Shown here: piece after piece, positions 1-13,859 of the stretch
Numbering within the stretch: the first letter of the stretch is position 1
Layout of the letters: every line of letters begins with the position of its first letter
Assembly (NCBI RefSeq): GCF_001194135.2
Contig: NC_068992.1
Coordinates: 58,338,100 to 58,402,099 of the forward strand
Direction of reading: 5' to 3'
Origin: Octopus bimaculoides
Taxonomy: Eukaryota
DNA length: 64,000 bases
The notes under the pieces: generated by a model
The model's database searches: none
What the model saw: the letters and a program-made list of their open reading frames with translations, nothing else
Told to the model about the DNA's origin: nothing
Program-made: the position numbers and the translations under genes

Positions 1-1544
1 ATATATATATATATAAATATATTTATAAGTGGCACCCCGTCAGTTACAACGACGAGGGTCCTAACTGATATGATCAATGGAACAGGTTGCTCGTGGAATT
101 AACGTGCAAGTGGCTGAGCGCTCCAGACACGTGTACCCTTCATATAGTCCTGAAGGAGATTCATCATGTCACACAGAGTGTGATATGGCTGGCCCTTTGA
201 AACATTATTTTGGTCATCTTCTGTGATGCATACTCAGCTGACCAAAATGAGGTCAAGATCACATGATTTGGTGATTTCAGAGCTAGAATAGCGGGAAGTT
301 CTCTCCCCACTTGCAATATATATTGAGTATGAAGCACATTGAATAACCAGCTGGAGTAGGCATCCTCCTGGGGTTAGAAGAGCAGTATCATCTGTTTTTT
401 TATAGAACACCCATGTTTAGGTGGCAATAAACATTACTTATCAGTATAAATACTGCTTTTATCTCTAATATAGATTTTCTTAACGGACTATATTTTCGCC
501 ATGATAGATGGCTGACCACTACATTTATATTTTTTTCTCCTTGTTTCTCTCCTTATTTCTTTCTGTGTTCCTTTCAATTGAAGAGCGTAGGCTTGAAACG
601 TGAAAGGCTTTCTCTATTCCCGAGCGTTAAACTAATACATCCATATGTTGTTTACATCATCTGTCTTCGTCTCAGTAGAGAATCAGCAATGGTTAGGTGG
701 AAATATGTTAAAAAGATAAAAAAAACTATTTTCTTATATTGGCTTTCAATCGAAATCCTAATAAAGTTACTGATCTGCAGGATACTGTATTATAATGGTT
801 TCATTACAATGACCACGAAGGTAGTATATATAAAAAGAGAAAATTTTCATGATAAAAATGAGACATGTAGGAAAGGTGTAAAAAATATTCAACCTATATC
901 CAGTAGATGAGAATAAAATGAACACAAATTTTATGATACAAAAAAAAAAAAAATGGGAAAGAAAGAAAGAACAAAATCCTCATATGTTGCCCATCAGAAT
1001 TCATTAAAACTATAACAATATTACAGGTAGCTGAAACTGTGTAATTATATATGCAGCCTTGTTGAAAGTTTACGTGTATCACTTGTAACACCATATCTTC
1101 AATTATTTAAATGCACAAATAGCCTTAACATATCTTTCGTGTCATACATATGACAACAACCTTTTGTGTATGTATTAATTGTACTCATTATACTATATTA
1201 AATCCTGCCTTTCAATCCAGATGTTACTAAATATCGGATTTTTCACCAGAATGACTTTTAAATTTCTGCCTCTTGCCCATTCTTTGAACTTATGAACTAC
1301 TACAGTACTGTAATGTGAGCTAGCATTTTTTCACTTCATTTATTTTTTAGCCACAAGAAAAACAGTACTCACAACCCTTCACAGAGCCTCTGAGACAAGT
1401 GAGAAGGAAGGAGGAAGGGTGCCCTCAAACCAGAGACCTGACATGAATGCTTGCAACAAAATGGGTAATATTTACTAAAGGCAACTAGCTCTAGGAAGGT
1501 TGTCATGTCCTTTGCAAGACAAAATAGTCTTCTCTATGTTGTCG

Positions 1545-1903
1545 CTGCATGTTCACCAACCTGCTGAGACCCCCTTCGGTCATGACTGACCATGCAATTG
1601 CACCTAGAAAGTTACCCTCCCAGGCACAAGTCCGGGCAAGGTTGTTTATGGAAGACCAGCAGTTGCCCATGCATACTAGCCTCCCCTCTCCACACTACCA
1701 GTGTTATCCAAGGGAAAGGCAAAGGGGCCGATACAGCTTGGCACCAGTGATGCTACAACTCATTTCTACAGCTGAGTGAACTGGAGCAACGTGAAATAAA
1801 GTGTCTTGCTCAAGAACACAACACACAACCCGGTCCGGGATTCGAACTCACAACCTCACGATTGTACGCTCAATGCTCTAACCACTGAGCCATGCGACTT
1901 CAC
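1545..1903 (-). mobile_element. tRNA-derived SINE with CORE-like central domain (octopus OR2-like)
   Basis: Head gtcgcatggctcagtggttagagc...gagttcgaatccc, then gtgttcttgagcaagacactt...cagctgtagaaatgag resembling the CORE domain. Relatives at 5815-5945, 39720-39860 and 47010-47220. Confidence 0.75.
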
Positions 1904-2940
1904 AGGTTCACCAACCACTAAACATAAAATTCGCTTGGTGTGGATATTGTCATGGCACCAGTACTAGAGAGGTTTACCAAGTTCTCAGCAAGGCTAAAAG
2001 CATTCTGTCAACCTTATATTGTGTCTGTTTGTTCATCAGCTACCTTGCAGAGTGCATCCAGTGTCTTTTATCAGGGCACCACCACTAGGAAGATTGCCAT
2101 CTCTTCATTAAGTGTAAAGAGTCCTTTCTGTTTGCGTTATCTCTGTTCTTTCAAGGCATCCCTTTTAGAAATGAATGTGTGTGGAGCTGAAATACTTAAC
2201 ATGCATGTGTAGTTTCTGAGAAAGTATATAATTTTGCTTCATAAAAAAAAAAAAAAAAAAAAAAAANNNNNNNNNNNNNNNNNNNNNNNNNNNNNNNNNN
2301 NNNNNNNNNNNNNNNNNNNNNNNNNNNNNNNNNNNNNNNNNNNNNNNNNNNNNNNNNNNNNNNNNNNNNNNNNNNNNNNNNNNNNNNNNNNNNNNNNNNN
2401 NNNNNNNNNNNNNNNNNNNNNNNNNNNNNNNNNNNNNNNNNNNNNNNNNNNNNNNNNNNNNNNNNNNNNNNNNNNNNNNNNNNNNNNNNNNNNNNNNNNN
2501 NNNNNNNNNNNNNNNNNNNNNNNNNNNNNNNNNNNNNNNNNNNNNNNNNNNNNNNNNNNNNNNNNNNNNNNNNNNNNNNNNNNNNNNNNNNNNNNNNNNN
2601 NNNNNNNNNNNNNNNNNNNNNNNNNNNNNNNNNNNNNNNNNNNNNNNNNNNNNNNNNNNNNNNNNNNNNNNNNNNNNNNNNNNNNNNNAAAAAAAAAAAA
2701 AAAATAAAAACTGGAAATAAAACAAGTATAGATTTATAGAAGTAGTTATTAATGTTTAGCTCTAGGTCAAAAAGGGGGAAATTGATTACATCAACCCGAG
2801 TATTTAACTGGTACATATCTATAATGATGATGTTTTCTCCAAAAGACACAGGGCTTGACATTTTGGGTGAAGGGGTTAGTTAGTTTCATTGACCCCAGTT
2901 TTTGAGCGGTACTTATTTTATCCACTCTGACAAAAAGCTG

Positions 2941-3460
2941 GAAAAGATGGAAGAATAGAGACTACTAAAAGACAAAATCGCAAGAACAAGTGGGCAATGA
3001 AGAGAGTAACTCTTATTCCAGTAGTTGGAGGGACACTCAGAGCACTAACAACCAGGTACAAGAAATATGTTGTAGAAACTGGAATTAAGATGAGGGCAGA
3101 GCAGGCCCAAAAATCTGCTCTATTGGGGACAGCTAGGATTTTGAGATTGTTGCATGGGTATTGAGTATTTTCCACCTCAGGAAACATGGGTGTTTCATTT
3201 ATCATCCTTAAACAAACCCGTTCCAGGGACCTTTTCAGTGGGAATGGGCTACTTGACCTGAAGAAAATTCTAACTGGCATTCCACCTCCTGCAAGGTCAT
3301 GTGCTCTTTATCTTGATATAAGGTCACCGTGTTATGTACATATGATTGTGATGCATGTGCCTGATGTACCCGTATCGGATGGGTAGTCATGATGGATATA
3401 TTGGGTTTCACATATTTATACCCCACTGTCACTCTGATGGCATGCATTGCTCTCTCACTC
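2941..3460 (+). mobile_element. 3' end of an R4/Dong-like (restriction-like endonuclease) non-LTR retrotransposon, with 3' region and (TAA)n tail
   Basis: WAMKRVTLIPVVGGTLRALTTRYKKYVVETGIKMRAEQAQKSALLGTARILRLL with stop at 3162-3164, matching the RLE C-terminus (IP.V.GALG...QK.ALLGTARILR). (AAT)n starts at 3461. Confidence 0.8.
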
Positions 3461-3584
3461 AATAATAATAATAATGATAATGACAATAATAATAATAATA
3501 ATAATGATAATAATAATAATGACAATAACAATAACAACAATAATAATAATACAAAGTAAACAGTAGTGTTTTTCTTTTAAAATA

Positions 3585-4494
3585 TTGGGTCATCCCATAA
3601 ATAATGCGGTTTTTTTATACTTCTTTCATTTTTCGAAATTAAGATAAGCAGAGTTCTTTTTATATTTAAAATATACTATCCTTCATTTTCTAGAAAGCTC
3701 TTTCATCTATCAGATAGACTCTCTCCAAAAATTCACTTGTCCATGATGAAAAATACTCCTCTAGTACTATTCTGACCTTGTCTACAAAATTCATATTTTT
3801 TCCATCCAAATGATTTTGAAGACTGTGGAATAAATGATAATCAGATGGGACAATGTCTGACGAATATGGTGGGTGGGGCATCGTTTCCCATTCAAACTAC
3901 CCCAGCCTTTGGAATATCATCCTCGCTGTATGTAGCATTATCCTGATGGAAGAACACCTTTCATCTAGGAACCAAAGATAGTTGTTTTTTTCTTCAAGCG
4001 CGGACTTGAATGACTGATTGAATGACCAAATCCAATCTTCTCTGCTAGTTCCACAACAGTTACAATGAGATTTTGTTCCACTAAGGTTTGCAGGATGTCT
4101 TCATTGAGCTCTACAGATCTTCCAGTATGAGGCTTGTCTTCTAAGCTGTAGTTTCCGGCTTGGAATTTCTGGAACCACCATTGACACTGGCTTACACTTA
4201 TTGTCTGATCCCCATATACTGCATTAATATTCCTCACACTTTCTGTTACATTGTTACCTTTAGTGAACTCATAAAGCAAGATATGCCAAATATGCTCCTT
4301 TGTCACTTCTATTATAGCTTTGAAAAAACATAACTTAAAATCAGACTGCACTCTTCAAAATTTGCGCTAAGAATAAGTAGAAGGTAAAATTACTAGCTGC
4401 TTTTATAGCAAGTTGATGCAGGTAGTTTATCCTGTCCCCCTCCAACTTTTGGTTCATGTAATTGAAAAAAAACATTATTTATGGGATGACCCAA
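3585..4494 (-). mobile_element. Internally deleted mariner (DD34D family) DNA transposon
   Basis: Perfect 22-bp TIR ttgggtcatcccataaataatg with TA on both sides. Minus ORFs give the HTH region (HILLYEF...NINAVYG...WWFQKFQAGNYSLED) and PHPPYSSDIVPSDYHLF. The middle of the transposase is missing. Confidence 0.93.
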
Positions 4495-5123
4495 TATATT
4501 TAATGTTAAATATTAGAAAGCCTTGCTGTGAGACAAATAAGAATGTAAACACACTCCTTCTCTGCTTATGATAGTCGTCCTGATTTATGCTGTGTTGTAT
4601 ATAAGATACTTCTTGTTTTATTAGTGATTAGCTGTCAAAAGCACAAATAAAGAAGTGTGGTGGTGGTGGTGGTGGTGGGTGTACCACTTTTTTGAGGGCG
4701 GCACTTCTGGGTCTGCTGTATAAAACTGTATAGCTTTGTATTGAAATAAAAGTGATTTTAATGTACCCCTCCCTGTGAAGTGGGGAAGATAACAAACTTA
4801 AGGACTGCCCCAGGCAGTGCACACTCTAGCTACACCACTGCCCAAATATGCAAATTAAGCTACTAACTATGGTTGATAACCTACTTTATGACTACTCTAC
4901 ATGACAGCTGAATATTCTCTGTTATTGATTGGGGAACAAAACCTGGTATATCTTCTCTGAGGAGCAGCCAACAAATTGTGAAGCAGTCTGTCAAGAGACT
5001 CTCCTTTCTTTTTTTGCTGCAAATCAAAGCATAGAAAGAATGTGTTTACTTGATTATTTCTTTCAGAGCCAGGCTTTCTAATACCAAATTTATTCCTGTC
5101 CTTTTGATTTATGCAGTGTTGGG

Positions 5124-5165
<42 letters not shown>

Positions 5166-5217
5166 ATCACCATGATAGATTGCTAAGTACTACACACATT
5201 TTTTTCTCTCCTTGTTT

Positions 5218-5253
5218 CTTTCTATGGAAGAGCGTAGGCTCGAAACGTTAAAG
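5218..5253 (+). ncRNA. Degenerate minimal hammerhead-like motif; related copy at 570-607
   Basis: CTTT-CTATGGA-A-GAGC-GTAG-GCTC-GAAAC-GT-T-AAAG. Helices I and II pair perfectly, but the first core box deviates from CUGANGA. Confidence 0.45.
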
Positions 5254-5389
5254 ACTTTTTCAATTCTCNNNNNNNNNNNNNNNNNNNNNNNNNNNNNNNN
5301 NNNNNNNNNNNNNNNNNNNNNNNNNNNNNNNNNNNNNNNNNNNNNNNNNNNNNNNNNNNNNNNNNNNNNNNNNNNNNNNNNNNNNNNNN

Positions 5390-5427
<38 letters not shown>

Positions 5428-6637
5428 TATTACAAAAAAAAGAAAATGATCCATGCAAAGTGTGTCAGTAAATTTTTGTTTGACCACTAGTGTATCAAGA
5501 CATCAAAGTGATTGAGAATCACTGCATTATTTCATAGCTTTGGCACAACCAAAGTTTTGTGGGTGTAACTGAGTAAACAAACTATGCAAATGGTAGGATA
5601 TAGTCTGCTGGCTCGCTTGTTCTTCAGCCATGTGGATCAGGCATCAAGTCTGAAGACAATACAAGAATGGGACTGGAATATGATTTGATCATTGGTCTAG
5701 TCAATCAGGTTTGACCTAGGGTTAAACAACAACAACAACCATTGGTAACATTGGCATAAGGCCACAAATTTGGTGGAAGGATTAATCAGTTAACTCAACC
5801 TCAGTATTTTACAAGGAGTGCAACCCTGTGGTTAGGGTATTGCATTCAGGATTGCAAGATTGAGGTTTAGATTCCTGGACTGGGCAATGCATTGTGTTCT
5901 TGAGCAAAACACTTTATTTCACATTATTTCAGTCCAGACTTGAATTCTTTCCAGGGTGAATGATGTGACCATGGCCATTTATACATCGTAGAAAGTATGT
6001 TACTGGCCTTATGATTCCAAGGATTCAAAATTGATGTTCCGGAGTTGATGATGCTGTAATTCACTAGTACTTTATTTTATTGACTCCCCAGAAAGATTAT
6101 AGGGCAAAGTGGATCTTGGTTGGACTTGAACTCATAATGTAAAGGACTGGAGCAAATACATAAAAAGAAAATAAAAGAAAAAAAAGAAGCATTTTGTCTG
6201 ATGCTCTAAAGATTCTGTGATTTTGTTAATCCACTGCCCTAAGAACACTTTCAAATTTTAGTACAAGGTCAGTAATTTTAGAAGGGATAAGTCAACATCA
6301 ACTCCACTATTTCAATGGTATTTGATTTATTGCCCCTGAAAGAGTGAAAGGCAAAGTTGAACTCAGGGGAATTCATACTCAGAACGTAAAGCCAGAAGAA
6401 CGGCCACTCAGCGTCTTGTCCAATGCCTTAATTCACTGCACAAATAGCAACAGCGATAATAATGGTTTCTTACACTGTCATCAAAACCTGTATCTTATAG
6501 GTTGATAGTTAACTAACACTGGGTTTACTGACCCCAAATGGATGAAAGGCAAAGACGACCTCAGTGAAATTTGGACTCAGAATGTAAAGATGGAGAAAAT
6601 GCTACTGACTCACTGTTTTGACAATGATGATGATAAC

Positions 6638-6676
<39 letters not shown>

Positions 6677-8067
6677 CTTTTCTGCAGAAGGCACAAGGCC
6701 TTGAAATTTTGAGGGAGGGGACTAGTTGATTACATCAACCCCAGTGTTTCACTGGTACTTAATTTGTCGACCCCGAAAGGATGAAAGGCAAAGTTGACTT
6801 CGGCAGAATATGAACTCAGAACTTATGGCAGACGAAATACCACTAAGCATTTCGCCCGGCGTGCTAATGATTCTACCAGCTTGCTGCCTTAATAATAATG
6901 ATAATAATAATAATAGTAGTAGTAATAATAATAGGGCTAGTGTCCTCTTATTGGTGTTCTCCCTGACTATCTTTGAAGCTTGCTGAATTTGAAGCCTGCT
7001 GAATTTGAAACTGAATTCTTTATTCAATGAAATCAATCTATCACGATGGACTGAATGCAAAGTTCTGAGAAACTGCAGTCGACTGTTTTTAAAAATGATC
7101 AGAAAGCACAATGGGGGAAACACTGTGACTCTAACAAACAAGTCGAAAAAACTAGTCTGAACACATCAGAATGTGATAGAGTTAAGTATAGTTAAATGGT
7201 CTCAAAGTTAAGAAGATATTGCTGAAAGCAGGGTCGCTGGCTCATTGAAGAGTTATAGTCTACACATCAATGATTTGTGTTTCACTGTGATTACAGTCAG
7301 TAGATCAATACTCTGGGTCTCACCATGGCAAAAATATGCAATACTGAACGGCCTGGTCTATCCCCATCATCTTCATATAATGACCGTATTCCATGCTGGC
7401 ATGAGCTGGATGGTTTGACAGAATTTGATGGCTCTCAGGGCTGTGTCATGTTTAAGTGTCTACTTTGGTATAGTTTTTTTTATGACTGGATACCCTTCCT
7501 AACATCATCCACCATATAGAGTACTGGGTGCAAATTTTTCGTGCCACCAACACTGGTTGAAGTTTGTAAGACTACACACCCCAAGGGAGCAACTTTATGT
7601 TAGGAGATAGGGGGAGAAAAAGATGGGTAAAAATATGAGAAAAGGGACCAGAGCAGAGCAGGTTTTTCTTCACATATTAAATGAGAGAATGGGAGCAATG
7701 GAGTGATGAGTAGGTGACTGAGTACTGAGCAGCAGAATAGCCATAAATAGCTAACATGTAATATGGAGGGAAATGTAGCTTGGATGGGCTTAATGTGTTA
7801 TCCACCTGGCCCTTGGGTGCCTTTTGCAATATTTGGGCAATGTTTTCAATCGAGGCAAACACAATAACTTGATGTGCTGTTCCATATTGTAGTCATCCAA
7901 GGGTTGCAGTTTGTTCTTGTGTCCCTCCTGATCAACCACATGCAACCGTCAATGTCAGATACAACACTCATTGATGCTGCTCTTCAGCTTCTAAGACATA
8001 AAAAAGAAATTCAGAACAATTTCTCCCTAAATATTAAGAAAAATACTTCCCACATGTCTGTATGCAT

Positions 8068-8113
<46 letters not shown>

Positions 8114-10089
8114 CTGTGTGGGCTAAGATGTTAGCTTTGCAACCATGTAGTTTCAAGTCTAGTCCCACTAGCAGAATCTTGGGCAAGTGTCTTCTATTTT
8201 AGCCATTGGTCATCTATGCCTTGTGAGCGTGTCTGGCAAATGGAAATTATCATGGCCCTCATTGTGTGTTTGTGTTTCTGTGTGCATGTGCACCATTATA
8301 TATGCACAGATGTATTGAAATATTGATATTTCACTTGTCAACATCTGAACAAAACAATGCTGATGTTTACTCTCCATATTGACATAGCAAATGACTTCTG
8401 GAATACAGAAGACCCCTTATATGAAGAAAAAACAGGTGAGGATTAGTGACAGGAAGAGCATCTTGCCATAAAATTTTGCCTTAAAAATTAATTCCAGTCT
8501 AGGCCACGTGAGCATAAAAACAAATAAAAACAGCAGAATAAACAAATGATATACAATAGACTTTCATAAACTTTCTGTCTACCAAATTTTACTGGAAAGA
8601 TATTGGTCAAATTGTGACCATGATAGATAACAATTGCTTAAGGTGGTTTATACTGTGACTGAACCTGTAACTATTATATAGTTATGAAATGAAGTTTCAA
8701 ATCACAAGGCTATGCTTGTGCCCACTCATAATAATTTCTAAAGTTGAAAAGTATTAAGATACGACGAGAAAAAAATATCTAATAAAATATTGAATAAATG
8801 GATAGAAAAATATTAGAAAGTAAAAATAAAAAGAAAGTTGCAAAAAGAAAACATTACAAGGCAATATTTTGAAAAATGACAAGTTCTGTCTTGTCTTGTC
8901 AATCCAGCTATGAATCCCAGAATGCATTTCTGTGTGTTTGGACATCTTCAAAAGTAACTAAATAAATAACTCAACAGTTATCTGACTTTTTTTCTCTCTC
9001 TCTCTCTGGTGGCAGTGGATTGGTTAGTAGCAGCAGTTTGGCATACATGTCAAAACTACGAAGTTTATGTTATGATGCGATGCAAAGAAGCAGACAGCAG
9101 GGACAAAGGGCCAAGGCAACATACCACCCCCACCACCTTTCCTCCTTCCCCAACTGCCAACAAAAAAATAAAAATAACATAAATCTTTTCCACTTTATAA
9201 AAAAGAAAAAAGAGGATGGGGGTAGGATCTTATATTTCTGACCAAGCTATTTAACAATTTGAAATTCTCCTTAATCATATTTCCAACCATTTTCATTTTG
9301 ATATTTTACTGATATTAAGTTATAGTAATAGTAGTAGTAGTAGTAGTAGTAGTAGTAGCAATAGTAAATTGAGTAGATGTATGATCAGAGATCATTTCAG
9401 TAGAGACTGACTGGTTGTTTTGCAGAGATAGTGCATTCATGAGTACATAATATGCACCCTGCCTTTTTCGGTTTTCAAGTTCCAAGTTTCCATGGTAATT
9501 GCATGAGTTGGACAGCTCTTTTTGAACCACTGTTTTATGACAGGGTCACCAATCCTTACATCAAGGTTGATAGGATATATTTTATTGGGCTAACATATAT
9601 ATTTTATATATTTTATCAGGCTAACAGTTTCCCCGTATATGGCATCCAGCTGTAGAAACTGTGCCAAATCAGATTGGAGCCTGGTGTAGCCATCTGGTTT
9701 CACCAGTCCTCAGTCAAATCGTCCAACCCATGCTAGCATGGAAAGCGGACGTTAAACGATGACGACGATGATGATGATGATTAAGTCTGTCCTTTCCGAT
9801 AATATTGATATTTATCCAAAGAGAAGGACACCAACTTGGACTGCTACAGCTGGGAATCAGTGTCATTGCAGAGATTGCAGTCAAAACATAAAGAAGTGGG
9901 ACAAACACCACAAGGCATCTTGTCCAACCCTCTGGCAGTCCTACCAGTCCACTTCATGACTGACCTTGAAAGGATGAAAGGTAAAGTTGATACCAATGGG
10001 ATTTGAACTCTGGGTGCTGAGAGTTAGAACAGACACCACGAGGTATTGTATCCAATCCACCACAAAGCCCAGTCCTTATGCAGTGTACT

Positions 10090-10590
10090 GGCTAGTGTGT
10101 TTCAATGATCCTGAAAGTTATGCTAGCAAAGAGCAAGTTCCCGGTAGGGCCTTGCATGCTGGATAAGTCAAAGGATAGAGGCCAGGCCAATAATGACCAC
10201 CTCTTCCCACAGGTAACAACAGGTTCATGAAGGGTCAACACCCTTACCTTGAGAAAATCGAAGTTACAGAAGCATTGATTATAATTCAAAACCAATAAGA
10301 CCTGGAGAGGAAGGCCTCCCCCCAGGGTATCATGTAACATGGTGCAACAAAATCAAAAAAGCAGATGGGGATGGATAGACCACACTTTTAGGAAATCAAC
10401 ATCCTAGATTACTTGTCAGACCCTGACCTGGAACCCATAAGGAAGGTGAAAGTGAGGACACCCTAAAAATTACTGAAAGTAGGATACTGAGACAGGACTT
10501 GAAGGAGGAGGGATCCAATCCAAGAGAAACAGAGTCAAGAACTGTGGAGTAAAGTCATCAATGGCCTATGCTCCATAGAGAGCCTTCATT
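10090..10590 (+). mobile_element. Degraded RTE LINE fragment ending in a 3' end
   Basis: [33 protein letters not shown] resembles RWxWIGHTLRK...ALTWNPQGKRKRGRPKNTW. It ends in NGLCS. Confidence 0.75.
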
Positions 10591-10799
10591 TATTCTTTTA
10601 CTTGGTTCAGGTATTTGTCTGCAGCCACGCTGGAGCACCACCTTAAAGGGTTTTAGTTGAACAAATTGACCCCAGGAGTTATTCTTTGTAAGCCTGGGAC
10701 TTATTGTATTGGTCTCTATTGCCGAACTGCAGGTTATGGGGACATAAGCACACCAACATCAGCTGTCAAGTCATGACACACACACACAAATATATACAT

Positions 10800-10846
<47 letters not shown>

Positions 10847-11789
10847 NNNNNNNNNNNNNNNNNNNNNNNNNNNNNNNNNNNNNNNNNNNNNNNNNNNNNN
10901 NNNNTATATATGCACAATGGATTTCTTTCAGTTTCAGTCTTCCAAATTCACTCACAAGAATTTGGTCAGCCTGAGGCTATAGTAGAAGACACTTGCCCAA
11001 GGTGCCATGCAATGGAACTGAACCTGGAACCATGTAGTTCGGAAGCAAGCTTCTTACCACACAGCCATACCTGTGCCTATAGGGCTTAAACAAACGAAAA
11101 GATAATGAAAAGAAAAGGCAAGAAAATTCTATCCAATGCTTTAAAGACAGACACTCCAATTTATTGACTTTCCATGTGTCTATAATAGAAATTATTAAAT
11201 TTCTTGCATACTCATGATTTTTGTTTGCGTGCTAATTGTGGAGTCTGTATCTGAGTGTGCGCATGCATGCCCTGCTTAAAGGTAACAGTGGTGGGGAAAG
11301 ATTTTAAAACAGGAATCTGAAAGTTTTGAAGAAATGTTAAGCAATGATAGGAAGAGAAGCAAAAGGGTTGAATGCAGTTAGATGGGGATGGGCATATAGA
11401 TTCAAGAGCAAAGGTGAATAAAGTAACAGTAATAAAGGAGTGCAATGGTTAGTGGTGGTGGTGGGGTCTCTGTAAGTGTGGAGCACTATTTGTAGAATTG
11501 AGAAAGAAAATTGATGAAATATTTAATGAGGAAAAAATAGGTCGAAATGGAGAACAGTAAATGAGAAAAAAGAAGAGAGAGGAAGAGAGAGAGAGAGGAA
11601 GAGAGAGAGAGAGGAAGAGAGAGAGAGAGGAAGAGAGAGAGAGAGAGAGGAAGAGAGAGAGAGAGGAAGAGAGAGAGAGAGGTATATATAAAGAGAATGA
11701 TAAATGAGAGAGGGAGAGAGAGAGAGAAAGCAATGAAGTGAGAAAATCAAGAATGAGAAAATAAGGGAGAAAGAGATAAGGAGTGTATG

Positions 11790-11995
11790 TGAAAGAGAGA
11801 AAGAAGGGGGGACAGAGAGAGAAGCCAAAGAAAAAATGTGTATAAAGATGGAAAACAAAGGTAGAAGAAAATAAAAGGAAAACAAAATCTGAGAAACTTA
11901 TTGAGAGAGAGAGAGGGGGGGACAGAGACAGAGAAACCTAAGAAAGAAATGTGTGTAAAGATGGGAAAGAAAGGTAGAAGGAAAATGGAAAACGT
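11790..11995. repeat. Diverged tandem duplication of about 110 bp within GA-rich low-complexity DNA
   Basis: ggggggacagaga...aaatgtgt.taaagatgg.aa.aaaggtagaag occurs twice. Confidence 0.75.
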
Positions 11996-12030
11996 AATTT
12001 AACAGAAATTTTAATGAGATAGATAGATAA

Positions 12031-12061
<31 letters not shown>

Positions 12062-12201
12062 AAGTGAGAGAGGGGGAAGTGGTGTTATTAAGGAATAAAG
12101 ATATTAGTATCTGACTTGGGAAGTTTTAATACGATGAAAAGCGAACAGCAAAAAAAGAGCCTGTAGAAGATATATATACATACATATATATACGTACATA
12201 C

Positions 12202-12264
<63 letters not shown>

Positions 12265-13859
12265 NNNNNNNNNNNNNNNNNNNNNNNNNNNNNNNNNNNN
12301 NNNNNNNNNNNNNNNNNNNNNNNNNNNNNNNNNNNNNNNNNNNNNNNNNNNNNNNNNNNNNNNNNNNNNNNNNNNNNNNNNNNNNNNNNNNNNNNNNNNN
12401 NNNNNNNNNNNNNNNNNNNNNNNNNNNNNNNNNNNNNNNNNNNNNNNNNNNNNNNNNNNNNNNNNNNNNNNNNNNNNNNNNNNNNNNNNNNNNNNNNNNN
12501 NNNNNNNNNNNNNNNNNNNNNNNNNNNNNNNNNNNNNNNNNNNNNNNNNNNNNNNNNNNNNNNNNNNNNNNNNNNNNNNNNNNNNNNNNNNNNNNNTATA
12601 TATATATATATATATATATATCTCATAGTTTAAATTTATCACAGAAATATACCAATATATTTAGAAAAAAAAATGGCACTCTGGTTTTGGCAGCAATTAA
12701 ATAGTCTGCTAAAAAAAAAAATAATGAACAAACAAGAAGATAAGGAGGTTAAAAAAAGGAAAAAAAAAAGAATAAAAAAAACAACGAAACTTTGCTTCAA
12801 TGAAATGAAACAGAAAGCAAGCAAGTTGTAGAAATAGAAGCTAATGAAGACCATGTTAGAAAGGTAGCCATACCCCAATTTTTCTAGGTAGAGAGACATT
12901 GACACGAACATGATCACAAAAAGAATGCAATAGAGGAGGAAGAAGTGCCAAGAAGAGGAGGAAGAGAAAATGTAGATGGAAGACATAGCAAAAAAACTGA
13001 TACAGGAGTTTGAGGAAAACCTCACTGGAGTTTAAGAATAGCTGCAAAATAATGATAAGAAAAAGAGATTATGAAAGCCATGCATGCTAGCTAGCCGTAC
13101 CTAGATATTCTAGAGATAGATATTGACATGAACAAGAGAATAAGATCATGATGCGATGAACAGTTGTCAAAGTAAGAAGAAGGGAAGAGGTGGACGAAGA
13201 TGACGAGTAGGAGGTTAGAAATGGATAAAAAAAAGACGGGGTAGGGAAAGAGTTTGAGAAAAATCGAAGCTTTAAGAATACCATGTTTATAGCCTTTGCT
13301 ATGCTGAGGTATTTTCTCAGCATATCTGAAGTTCTTGTTTCACGGTTCAACGAGAGCTGACAATGTAGAATTGTATGTGTTACAATAGAGAAATGAAAAA
13401 AAAAAACTCAAAACAAAAGTGAAAAGGAAAAAAAGAAAAGGGAAGCAAGCAAGAAACTAATTAATAATAAAATACAGTAATGAATAAATAAAATTAAAAA
13501 AAACAATAGATAAACTTTGTAATCACTCCTACAGAAGTTGGATAATAAATTAACATTGCAGCAGGTTTGTCCTATTTGTCATTAGCAAGTTTTCTCATCA
13601 TTAATTTAAGTACAACGAATGAGGCCAAATGGATTTCATTGTAGCAATAATTAAACACCAATTACATAATCACATGATCTCACTTAGATCTATAGCAGAA
13701 ATAAAATGAGATGCTGAGACATTCATTCATTACTCAAAGACATTCTACAAGTGAAATAAAGGGACCTCAAGGGAACCATGAAATGATAGGAAACGTTATC
13801 TTTATGCAATGTATCTAAGGGCAAGTCAGCTTTACTGAACTGTCCTTCTCCATGCCTTA

